A stretch of DNA of 45,544 bases from Polyangiales bacterium. Its GTDB lineage: Bacteria > Myxococcota_A > Polyangia > Polyangiales > Houyiibacteriaceae. The position numbers were made by a program, and so were the translations under genes. The notes beneath the pieces were generated by a model. It ran no database searches and was not told the DNA's origin. It saw only the letters and a list, made by a program, of their open reading frames with translations. Below, one piece after another: positions 35,196-43,778 of the stretch (its first letter is position 1; each line of letters begins with the position of its first letter). The stretch lies in NCBI GenBank assembly GCA_045106895.1, contig JBGCFM010000020.1, positions 1 through 45,544 on the forward strand. Direction: 5' to 3'.

Positions 35196-37352
35196 ATGTC
35201 GACGCCTCAGGAAAGAACGCTTCGCGATCACGAAGAGGTAAACTCCGCGAGCACGACACATCAACGTGAGCGAGCACGTACGTGCAAACTATGCGGAACG
35301 CGCTCGCCCAGTCAGCCCTTCTGTCCGAACGATGGAGCGGTGCTGGAACGCTTCCGCATCGACAACTACTACATCGATGAGCGAGTCGATGCCCGGGCGG
35401 AGGCATACCTCTATCGCGGTTCGCACCTTTCGGGGCATGCAGTGCTCGTCGCACTCAGCCGAACGCAGGGTGAGAACAACACCCTACGTCGGGCGGCCCG
35501 CTTCGAGCATGAACAGGTTGCGCGTCTTGTGGGTGCTGGACACGACGACGCTCTCGACCGTGATTTTGCGGTGTACGAGAGACCCGAAGGCGAGAGCGTG
35601 CGGACGTACGTCTCCGAACATGGACCCCTCTCGTTCCGCGTTGCGGTTCAGACCTTGATCGAGGCGACGAATGTGTTGGCGAGTGCTCGCGCTACGGGTC
35701 TTGGACATGGGGGCTTTGGCGCTTGGGATGTGTGGGTCATGCCGCCGTCTTTTAGCCGCGCTTGCGTGACGGGCTTTGGACTCGGTCCACAGGAAGGCAG
35801 CTGGGCGCATCTCCGGGACTCACCGCCCGAACCGGAAGATGTGCGTGCGCTCGGTGAGTTGGCGTATGAAATGCTGACGAAGTCTCGATGGGCTCCGGGC
35901 CAGTCCACCCGTATTTCGACACACTCAAACACCACCGTCGTGCCGAGTGCCTTTGAAGACCTCCTCGCGGGCTGCCTCCATGAGGTTCCCACCGAGAGGC
36001 CTTCTCTCTCCCGCGTCGCTCGGTCACTCGTGGCGCTCTTGGGCGACGAAGAGACCTGCGTCGGTCTCGACCCGCTGATTGGAGCGATGGTTGGCAGCTA
36101 TCGCGTCGAAGACTTGCTCGGCGAAGGCGGCATGGGCGCTGTGTATCGCGGCACCCATCCGCGCATCGGCACCACCGTCGCCATCAAGGTGATTCACTCC
36201 GACATCGCCAACTCGCCCACCACGGTGCAGCGCTTTGAGCGCGAAGCTCGTGCGTCGAGCTCCATTGGTAGCCCCAACATCCCGAGCTTCTACGACTTTG
36301 GATTGCTCCCGGATGGGCGCCCTTATGCGGTGATGGAGTTTTTTGAAGGCGAGTCCTTGGGCGAGCGAATCGAACGTGCGGGACCGGTGCCCACGAGCGT
36401 CGCCTCCCGCATCTTGATGCAGGCCGCCGGTGCGTTGGCGGAAGCGCATGCCAAAGAGATCATCCATCGCGACGTCAAACCGGACAATCTCTTCCTCACC
36501 AGTGACTCGACGGGCGATGACTCCGTGCGTCTCCTCGACTTTGGCATCGCGAAGGTCTCCACGACGAAGGATGGAGCTCAGCTCACCCGTGCCGGGTCAT
36601 TCTTGGGAACGCCGGTCTATTGCGCGCCTGAGCAGATGTATGGCTTGGAGCCTTCTCCTGTGATGGACGTCTACGCCCTCGGAGCGACGGCGTACGAAAT
36701 GCTCAGCGGCGAGCTGCCTCACGCAGGCGACGTGCAGTCGATCCTGCAGCAGAAAGCGGCAGCTACCCCGCCTCGCGCAGAGCCCCTTGCCAACCTGCCA
36801 TCACGTGTTCGAGCGACGGTGCTGCGAGCGATGGCGCACAACCCGGACAAGCGATTCCGGACCATGGAGGAGTTCGCCCACTCTGTCTCCCTTTGGGAGA
36901 CAGAAGGTGAGCCGGCGCCTGCCTGGGACCAAAAGAAAGTCCTAACGCTCTTTGTCGCGATGCTCGTCGTGGGCGTGCTCGGCGTCGGTGCCTGGATGTG
37001 GCTCATGAGCACAGAGGACACAGAGTCGATCACGGCGGAGCCGCCCATGCAGGTTCAAGAAGAGCCCGTGGAACAAGCGGAAGCTGAAACGGTGCCGGGC
37101 TCCGAGGTAGACGAGGCAGAAGCCGAAGCGGCGGCGCAGGCCGAGCGAGAAGCGGAGGCGGCGCAGGCTGAAGCGGCGGCGCAGGCCGAGCGAGAAGAGG
37201 CGGCGGAAGCTGAACGAAGCGCCGAGGCTGCTCGGCTTCGGCAGCAAGCCCGTGAAGCGCGTGCCGAGCGGGCGACGATGATGAGGCGAGATCCGGAGCC
37301 CGCATCGATGCAGACCGCGGCTCCGATCGTAGCGGACCCCTTCGCAAACTAA
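35196..37352 (+). CDS. Membrane Ser/Thr protein kinase with an N-terminal zinc ribbon and a degenerate (pseudo)kinase domain
   Basis: CKLC...FCPNDG ribbon and a degenerate first kinase domain. The second domain is intact (LGEGGMG, VAIK, HRDVKPDN, DFG, GTPVYCAPE). Then a TM helix, an Ala/Glu coiled coil and a terminal DPF. Confidence 0.9.
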   Translation: MSTPQERTLRDHEEVNSASTTHQRERARTCKLCGTRSPSQPFCPNDGAVLERFRIDNYYIDERVDARAEAYLYRGSHLSGHAVLVALSRTQGENNTLRRAARFEHEQVARLVGAGHDDALDRDFAVYERPEGESVRTYVSEHGPLSFRVAVQTLIEATNVLASARATGLGHGGFGAWDVWVMPPSFSRACVTGFGLGPQEGSWAHLRDSPPEPEDVRALGELAYEMLTKSRWAPGQSTRISTHSNTTVVPSAFEDLLAGCLHEVPTERPSLSRVARSLVALLGDEETCVGLDPLIGAMVGSYRVEDLLGEGGMGAVYRGTHPRIGTTVAIKVIHSDIANSPTTVQRFEREARASSSIGSPNIPSFYDFGLLPDGRPYAVMEFFEGESLGERIERAGPVPTSVASRILMQAAGALAEAHAKEIIHRDVKPDNLFLTSDSTGDDSVRLLDFGIAKVSTTKDGAQLTRAGSFLGTPVYCAPEQMYGLEPSPVMDVYALGATAYEMLSGELPHAGDVQSILQQKAAATPPRAEPLANLPSRVRATVLRAMAHNPDKRFRTMEEFAHSVSLWETEGEPAPAWDQKKVLTLFVAMLVVGVLGVGAWMWLMSTEDTESITAEPPMQVQEEPVEQAEAETVPGSEVDEAEAEAAAQAEREAEAAQAEAAAQAEREEAAEAERSAEAARLRQQAREARAERATMMRRDPEPASMQTAAPIVADPFAN

Positions 37353-37370
37353 CCCCTTCGCAAACGAACC
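37336..37370 (+). repeat. 16-bp tandem duplication across the kinase stop codon
   Basis: accccttcgcaaacta (37336-37351), accccttcgcaaacga (37352-37367), then acc. Confidence 0.7.
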
Positions 37371-37424
37371 TCAGCCGCAAGCCGGGTGAGCGATCCGTAG
37401 GTAGCGATCGCTCGGAACTCCGTT

Positions 37425-38129
37425 ATGCTCCGCCTCATGGCTCGGACTCTCGCGGCGACCTTTGTGTGCCTGACCTTGCTCGGTACATTCGCTCCGAGGA
37501 CATACGCACAACCAGTCTCTGACGAGAGCTCTGTGTCCGAGGAGCAGGAGCAAGCGCAAGAGGCGGAGACGGAGGCACGCGCGCGTTTTGAGGCGGGCCG
37601 AGCTCTCGTACAGGTGGGCAGCTACGAAGCCGCGCGTCTTGAGTTTCGTCGCGGCTACGTATTGAGTCAGCGTCCGCTCTTCCTCTTCAACATGGCTGAA
37701 TGTGCACGGCGCTTGGGCAACCCAGACGTCGCGCGCCGTGAATACGCCGAGTACGTTCGACAAGACGAAGACGGCGCCTTCGTGGCGATGGCCGAGACTC
37801 GTTTGACGGAGTTGGGCCCCGGCGACCGATCCACCCCTGATTTCGTCTTGGAGCTGGCCGAAGCTCCAGAGGAACCTGAGCTCTCAACGACGGAGGTCAC
37901 GCCTCCGGCCGTGCCCGAGGTCACGCTCAGCCCCGAAGTCGTGGCGAATGGCGCGGACCTCTCGGCCCCCGATGAAGCGACGGACGAGCGTCCATGGTTT
38001 CGTGACTGGCCCTTCTGGACGACCGTGGGCGGACTTGTCCTCGCGGGCGTCATCACCGGCGTTATTCTCGGAACACGCGACTCGAGCTGTGGCTCGGGCT
38101 GTCAGGAGCTCGATTGGCGCATGCAATGA
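37425..38129 (+). CDS. Secreted TPR protein with a C-terminal TM anchor
   Basis: Signal peptide, TPR-like ARARFEAGRAL...FRRGY...LFLFNMAECARRLG...ARREY, an acidic linker, and PWFRDWPFW + TM. Confidence 0.85.
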   Translation: MLRLMARTLAATFVCLTLLGTFAPRTYAQPVSDESSVSEEQEQAQEAETEARARFEAGRALVQVGSYEAARLEFRRGYVLSQRPLFLFNMAECARRLGNPDVARREYAEYVRQDEDGAFVAMAETRLTELGPGDRSTPDFVLELAEAPEEPELSTTEVTPPAVPEVTLSPEVVANGADLSAPDEATDERPWFRDWPFWTTVGGLVLAGVITGVILGTRDSSCGSGCQELDWRMQ

Positions 38130-39946
38130 TTCGATGGTTACTCAGTCTGGCCGTATTGATGACGGTCGCGTCGTGTGGGGAGAGCGGTACCTTCGTATTG
38201 CTCGACATCGAATACGGGGACCTCGACGACGTCGATGAGCTGCAAATCACCGGCGTCGCTGCGGACGGAACACAGCTCGGCATGAACGTCACCGGCCGAG
38301 TCTCGCGCGCGCGGATTCAGCTTCCGGACAACACCGCCGGAGAGGTCACTCTTAGAGTCACAGCATTATCTGACGGGGGTCGACTTGGATATGGCCAAGA
38401 CCGAGTTTCCGTTCGCGCCCTTGAAGAGAACTCCGCTCAAGTGCTCTTGCGTGCCCTTGGTGAGTGCTCGATCGAATGTGAGAGCGGAACCCAACGCTGC
38501 GAGGACGGGCGAATATCGACGTGCGACCTGAATGGCGACGGCTGTTTCGAGTGGAGTCCAGCAGAAGCGTGTCCAGCGCGTGAGACGACATGTAGTGGAG
38601 AGGGATTGCTTCGCTTCGAGGCATTCTGCGATGCCGGTGAGTGCGGTGAGCGGGAAGTTCGAACGGTTTGCGATTGCCAAGGCGGGATCTGTATCGGCGG
38701 ATGTGACTTGGAGTCTTGCGACGACCCTGGACTTTGTCGAACCACGGACGGCGTGAGGTGCGGGGCAGATGGCTGCGAATACCCCGCTGACGTTGGGGCG
38801 GACTGCGACGATGGGCGCTTCTGCACCGAGGACGACGCGTGTAGCTTGGCTGGCGAGTGCGTGGGGACAACGGTGTGTCCAACTCCGGAGCCCGAGTGCA
38901 ACGACGCCGGAACTGCACTGATCACTTCGATGGGAGGGATGTGTTCCATCGATGGCTGTGTCTGGGAGACGCAGGAGGAGACCTGCGATTGCGCCGAGGG
39001 GGCCTGCGTCACGGTGTGCTTTCCACGTTGGACGCAAACGCTCATCGATATGGGCGATCTGAATGCGCGCCTTGCTATCGCGCCAGGCGGTCAGGTCCAC
39101 CTCGCGCAGCTTCGTGGTGGCGACGTCTATCACAGCTCACCACCCGCATTTCCAGGAAGACTGGCCGCGGCAGGGGTTGTCGACTTTGACTTTCACATGA
39201 CCTCGGACGGCATCCCGCACATCTTCGCGCAGGACGACGTAAATGCGGTTCGACACTACTACCTCGACGGCACTTGGATCACCGATGGCACGCAGCTGAG
39301 TGACGCCATCAGTTTCGCCATTGCGGTCACGCCAGGAGACTACTTCGACTACTACTACCGTAGTTCGAGCCCCGGCTTAGGGATTCGCTTTCGGCAGTGC
39401 ACAACGCAGCCCAATTGCACCTGGACAGGCGACGACGATGGTACCGAGGTGGCTGGCATCGGCGTTCCCGTCGACGCGGTTGCGATAAGCGATACGACAA
39501 GTCAGGTGCTTATGAGGGAGGGCGGTATGACGTATATCGCAGAGCGCACGACGCCCACGGATTGGCTGCCATTTGCAATTGCGACGCAAGCGCTCGAGAG
39601 CGGAGCCCTTGCGATTGGTGCAACGGGCCCCGAATACGCGTTCCGCGTGGGCGGGGTCGTAAGCCATGCAGTCCCTCCGCTACTGTCAACCATGCTCGCT
39701 AGCAATGCCATCAATAACGTGGATATGGCCAGCAATGGCGAACACACATTCGTTGCGTGGCGGGCTGCGACTTCGGCGGGGATGACCATCACCAATGCCA
39801 GCACCGGCATGGACGTGTATGACGTTCGTTCCGCTGCAGGCTCTGCTTGGTTGCCTCAAATCGAGTTTGATGAATCTGGCGGCGCCCATGTTCTCTACCA
39901 CGGCGTGGGTGATGTGCTGGTCTATGCCACTTCGCCGTGTCTATAG
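38126..39946 (+). CDS. Cys-rich lipoprotein with a C-terminal beta-rich (propeller-like) region
   Basis: ATGA-coupled to the TPR gene. TVASC lipobox, Cys repeats (CDDGRFCTEDDAC), and a C-terminal IEFDESGGAHVLY-type blade. Confidence 0.8.
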   Translation: MIRWLLSLAVLMTVASCGESGTFVLLDIEYGDLDDVDELQITGVAADGTQLGMNVTGRVSRARIQLPDNTAGEVTLRVTALSDGGRLGYGQDRVSVRALEENSAQVLLRALGECSIECESGTQRCEDGRISTCDLNGDGCFEWSPAEACPARETTCSGEGLLRFEAFCDAGECGEREVRTVCDCQGGICIGGCDLESCDDPGLCRTTDGVRCGADGCEYPADVGADCDDGRFCTEDDACSLAGECVGTTVCPTPEPECNDAGTALITSMGGMCSIDGCVWETQEETCDCAEGACVTVCFPRWTQTLIDMGDLNARLAIAPGGQVHLAQLRGGDVYHSSPPAFPGRLAAAGVVDFDFHMTSDGIPHIFAQDDVNAVRHYYLDGTWITDGTQLSDAISFAIAVTPGDYFDYYYRSSSPGLGIRFRQCTTQPNCTWTGDDDGTEVAGIGVPVDAVAISDTTSQVLMREGGMTYIAERTTPTDWLPFAIATQALESGALAIGATGPEYAFRVGGVVSHAVPPLLSTMLASNAINNVDMASNGEHTFVAWRAATSAGMTITNASTGMDVYDVRSAAGSAWLPQIEFDESGGAHVLYHGVGDVLVYATSPCL

Positions 39947-39957
39947 AGACGTGGGTC

Positions 39958-40515
39958 CTACCGCGGTTTCCAGCGTACTGAGAACTCGACGTATCTTCCC
40001 ACCACGAAGTCTGCTTTCACATCGCCGGCGCCAAGCTCCAGGGCGATAGCGCCGTAGGTTGCGGCGATGGACCGAAGGTAGCTCGGCGCGAGGATGACTC
40101 TCGGCGCGCCGCTCAAGATAAGTGTCGCTTCATGGTCATTTGCGCTGCACTCGAGATGACCAGCGTTCTTGTAGAAAAGATCCCAGCCAGCGGCGCATCG
40201 ACGAATCGCGTGCTTTGGCCCGAGACCGAGCCGCATGAGACCGTCGAGGATGGGCTTAAGAAACGTGCCGCTCATCGACCGGCGGATAGACTCTTGAGCC
40301 CAGCCCGCCGCGGCCTCGGCTCCGCATATTTCTTCGACGCGTTCCACGAGGGCGCTGTTGAGCTCGAAGGGCAGCCAGCTGACGCTCAATGCCGCCTCGA
40401 CGGGCTCGATGAGGGAACGACACTCGCGACGAATCGTCCCAGCCTCCGCCAAAGTGTCGAGGGACCGAATGCCGGACTTCATTTGACTGGCTCGCATCTG
40501 CGCTTGTTTCGGCAT
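39958..40515 (-). CDS. Small V4R/H-NOX/DUF2378-like protein, paralog 2
   Basis: 185 aa with AQMRAS, IRRECRSLIEPVEAAL, SWLPFELN, GWDLFY and EFSVRW. Confidence 0.75.
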   Translation of the reverse strand: MPKQAQMRASQMKSGIRSLDTLAEAGTIRRECRSLIEPVEAALSVSWLPFELNSALVERVEEICGAEAAAGWAQESIRRSMSGTFLKPILDGLMRLGLGPKHAIRRCAAGWDLFYKNAGHLECSANDHEATLILSGAPRVILAPSYLRSIAATYGAIALELGAGDVKADFVVGRYVEFSVRWKPR

Positions 40516-40586
40516 GTCGGCTAGCCGTCCACTTTAGATCGACACACCCTCAACAAGCAAACGTTGGTGACCGGCAAATGCCGCGT

Positions 40587-41147
40587 CTACACCCGCGGCT
40601 TCCACCGCATCGAGAACTCCATGTGTGTTCCTTCGGTGACTTCGGCTTCCACGTCGTCTCCGCCAAGCTCCACGGCGATGCCTTCGAAGGCGAAGGCGAG
40701 AGCGCGAAGGTAGCTTGGGGTCCGCGCCATCTCCGGTGCATCGCGCAGGACGAGTGTCGCTTCGCCGACTTCGGCGTGCGTGCATTCGATGCGCCCGGCG
40801 TGTTTGTAGAGCATGTCCCAGCCGTAGGAACAGCGCCGAAGCCCATGCTGAGGACCGAGTCCGAGTCGCGTCAGTCCGTCCACGACGGGCCTAAGAAGGG
40901 TTCCATGCATAGAGCGACGGATCGAAGCGTAGACCCACTTCCGTGCTTCTTCGCTGCCGCATGTCGATTCCACCTCTTCGATGAGCGCAGTGTTGAGTTC
41001 TAGGGGCAGCCAGCTGATGCGAAGCGCCGCTTCCACGGGTCGGATGAGCGAAGCACAACTTCGGCGAATGGCCGCAGCTTCCGTCAGCACGTCCAAGCAG
41101 GCGACGTTGGACTGCATATGGCTCGCTCGCATCTGCGCGGAGGTCAT
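40587..41147 (-). CDS. Small V4R/H-NOX/DUF2378-like protein, paralog 3
   Basis: ATG 41147 aligns with the paralog starts. AQMRASHMQSNV, VEAALRISWLPLELNTALIEEVE, GWDMLY and EFSMRW. Confidence 0.75.
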   Translation of the reverse strand: MTSAQMRASHMQSNVACLDVLTEAAAIRRSCASLIRPVEAALRISWLPLELNTALIEEVESTCGSEEARKWVYASIRRSMHGTLLRPVVDGLTRLGLGPQHGLRRCSYGWDMLYKHAGRIECTHAEVGEATLVLRDAPEMARTPSYLRALAFAFEGIAVELGGDDVEAEVTEGTHMEFSMRWKPRV

Positions 41148-41320
41148 CTCTTGCTCTATCGTCCGCGTCCAGGAGTGAGTCGTCAAGATTCAGCAGCGCA
41201 ATACGACGCAACTCGCACAAAATATAACGATTAGTCTCATGATTGCGGTGCTTTACAAGAGCCTTGGGGGAGGAAGCTCGCCATTGTTGCTCGTCATCGC
41301 GGGAGCGCTATTTTTCCGAC

Positions 41321-42055
41321 ATGCGTTTCGCTCTTCTCTCGTCACTTCTTCTGCTCGCCACGAGCGTGAACGCTCAAGATTCGCGGGGGGGCGACTTCGA
41401 TCTTCGCTTCGAGCAAGAGCAGAGTCCCGTCAACCAACGACGCCTCGATGACGCAAAGTCGGAGGTGGAGGCTTGTCTCCAAAGCAGGGGCGTTTGGAGC
41501 TTTGTTTATTCAAACGTTCGCGGACGTCGTGGCCTGACGCTCGCGGAAGGAAACGAGATCTCCCAAGACCTGATCCAGTGCGTGCGTTACGCTCTCTCTT
41601 CACTTCGTCTTCGTCGCGGCGAGTCCATGAGGATCGTCGCCCGCCGCAGGCATCGCTCTTTAAGAAGCTTCGTTCATAGCCCTGCGAGCATTGCTACCAA
41701 CAGCTGGGACGTAGAAACCCCGCCCGACCCACCCCCCGGACGTCTAGAAGTTCAAACGCTGACCGCCGAGGGTCCGTTGACGCCAGCGGAGGTGGCGGCC
41801 GTCGTTGAGCCCGCGATGCAACCCATGAAGGCATGCTACGAGCATGTGCTGAGCGAGTTTCCTCGTTTGGCCGGAGCGCTGGAGTTTCGTTTCGTGGTCT
41901 CCGCTGACGGGCGCGTCACAGAAGTGCGGTTCCCAAACCCCACCCGGTTCGAGCACATCGTGCTTTGTCTGAGGCACGCCATCGTGGGATTGCGATTTGA
42001 ACCTCGTGCGGCGAATACGAACGTTCGCTATTCGGTTGTCTTCTCCCGACAATAG
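41321..42055 (+). CDS. Secreted protein with an AgmX/PglI-type (TonB-C-like) C-terminal domain
   Basis: Signal peptide MRFALLSSLLLLATSVNA, and GPLTPAEVAAVV...KACYE...LAGALEFRFVVSADGRV...CL...LRF...VRYSVVF. Confidence 0.78.
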   Translation: MRFALLSSLLLLATSVNAQDSRGGDFDLRFEQEQSPVNQRRLDDAKSEVEACLQSRGVWSFVYSNVRGRRGLTLAEGNEISQDLIQCVRYALSSLRLRRGESMRIVARRRHRSLRSFVHSPASIATNSWDVETPPDPPPGRLEVQTLTAEGPLTPAEVAAVVEPAMQPMKACYEHVLSEFPRLAGALEFRFVVSADGRVTEVRFPNPTRFEHIVLCLRHAIVGLRFEPRAANTNVRYSVVFSRQ

Positions 42056-42077
42056 ACACGGCGAAGACTCCGCGCGT

Positions 42078-42261
42078 TTGACAAGTGCGGAGAGGCACGG
42101 CACTTTGGTCGTGCACGTCGCTGGCTGCTGCGTGCACGAACTCCAAGACCACTCAAACCTTGAAAGGGTGTGAGCGGGCCTTGTCCCCAGGTCGCCCCCG
42201 CTTGTAGCGAGGCGCTCGACCTCACGTATTCGTCCATTCCCTGTCTCCACAGGAAGCAGCC
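42078..42261 (+). promoter_or_regulatory. Putative rtcB promoter and structured 5' leader
   Basis: TTGACA (42078-42083), 17 bp, then CACTTT. Palindrome CGTGCACG at 42110-42117 and 42131-42138. Hairpins at 42152-42174, 42189-42222 and 42240-42253, the last overlapping the AGGA SD. Confidence 0.45.
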
Positions 42262-43704
42262 ATGTCCAGCTCCAAAGTGCGCTCCTCCAAAACTGCGGAG
42301 AGGGCGGCAAAAGCCCTCTCGCGTGAAGGTCTCGTCGTCGAACGAGACCAAGACCTCATCCGTGTTCGATCGTCGTCCTCGCCTCATGCGAGGGCGGCGG
42401 AGGTCCTCCTTGCTCCTGGCGATCCCCTCGATGGGAAAGCCCTCAAACAGCTAGCGAACTTCGCGTCGGTACATCACCCGGCGGGCGGCGAGGTCCGTCA
42501 AGCCTTCGCCACGCCGGATTTCCATCCGGGCTCGGCTGTACCGGTGGGGTGCGTCCTAGCGACGAGCGAGAACCTGGTGATCCCCGGCGCCATTGGCACG
42601 GACATCTACTGCGGCATGCGTTTGCACGTGGCCGATCTCAGCGCCGATGAGCTCATGGCGCGTCGCGAAGAGTGGGTGGACCTGGTCAAAGGCGACCTGC
42701 TCCTTGGAACACGCGACCTGCCCATGAGCATGCCGCAGGTCCGCGCCATGTTTCGGGGTGGGCCGATGGCCTGGCTCGAAGCTTCGAAGGCGCGGCCGCT
42801 CGGAATGCTCAGCCGCGCCGATCACCGTCAGCTGGAGCGCGAACTCGAACGTAGCTTTGGTCTTGGAAGCAGTGATGGCGATGAACGCTACGCCCCGCAA
42901 GAGATGCTCCCGGAGCGTGACGTTGTGCGTGATTGCTACATGGGCACCATCGGCGGCGGCAACCACTTCGTAGAGATCCAAGTCGTCGAAGAGATCCTGG
43001 ATGGACGCCGCGCGTTCGAGTGGGGGGTCCGCAAGAATCAGATCGCCGTCATGGTCCACTCGGGTTCGAGACGTGTGGGCGTCGTCGTTGGGAGCACGTG
43101 GATGGACCACGCCCGCGAAAAGTGGCCCGGCGACGTTGCGCATCCGCAAAATGGCATCTTCGCGCTCCACGGAGAGGCGGCGCAGGAGTACATCACGGCC
43201 ATGAATACAGCGGCGAACTACGCCGCCGTCAACCGGCTGCTTTTGGCGGAGATGGTGCGTGACCGACTGCGGCAGGTCTTCTCGAGGGAGCTCGCCATGC
43301 CGCTGGTCTTCGACGTGCCGCACAACACCATCACCTGCGAGAACGACTCCTTCGTTCATCGCAAAGGCGCGACGCCGGCGTACGCCGAGCAGCCGGTGCT
43401 GATCCCCGGTTCCATGGGCCAGTCGTCGTTCTTGATGGTGGGCCACGGCAACGAGCGTTTTCTTCGCTCGGCGTCGCACGGCGCAGGCCGCAAACACAGC
43501 CGCGGCCGAATGCATCACATGGCGAAGCGCGGGGAAGACATGGGTCTGGCTGGGGTGGAGTGCATCACTCTGAAGGAAGAGCGCATCGTTCAAGAAGCGC
43601 CGGCGGCGTACAAAGAGATCGGGCCCGTGGTTGACGTACAGGCGAAGGTGGGCATCGCGACGCCGGTGGCGCGGATGCGCCCGCTACTCACGTTTAAGGG
43701 GTGA
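42262..43704 (+). CDS. rtcB: RtcB-family RNA ligase (3'-phosphate/5'-OH)
   Basis: PDFHPG, GTDIYCG, GTIGGGNHFVE, HSGSR, DVPHN, HRKGAT, IPGSMG, SHGAGR, EAPAAYK and PLLTFKG. Confidence 0.95.
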   Translation: MSSSKVRSSKTAERAAKALSREGLVVERDQDLIRVRSSSSPHARAAEVLLAPGDPLDGKALKQLANFASVHHPAGGEVRQAFATPDFHPGSAVPVGCVLATSENLVIPGAIGTDIYCGMRLHVADLSADELMARREEWVDLVKGDLLLGTRDLPMSMPQVRAMFRGGPMAWLEASKARPLGMLSRADHRQLERELERSFGLGSSDGDERYAPQEMLPERDVVRDCYMGTIGGGNHFVEIQVVEEILDGRRAFEWGVRKNQIAVMVHSGSRRVGVVVGSTWMDHAREKWPGDVAHPQNGIFALHGEAAQEYITAMNTAANYAAVNRLLLAEMVRDRLRQVFSRELAMPLVFDVPHNTITCENDSFVHRKGATPAYAEQPVLIPGSMGQSSFLMVGHGNERFLRSASHGAGRKHSRGRMHHMAKRGEDMGLAGVECITLKEERIVQEAPAAYKEIGPVVDVQAKVGIATPVARMRPLLTFKG

Positions 43705-43778
43705 GGAGCGGGCTTCAGTTTCGAGCGAACCGGTCTCGGGAACGAATGCAGCACCACGGGTGTTAGGTTCTCTAGGCG

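Noticed and set aside
42092..42110. Sigma54 promoter for rtcB (aGGCACGgcacTTTGg)
   Set aside because: The -24 element fits but the essential -12 GC is missing, and there is no rtcR activator in the window.
42105..42255. Known self-cleaving ribozyme or tRNA/Y-RNA in the rtcB leader
   Set aside because: I could not find hammerhead (CUGANGA/GAAA) or convincing HDV-like core elements, nor a TTC T-loop or cloverleaf. It is kept only as an unclassified structured leader.
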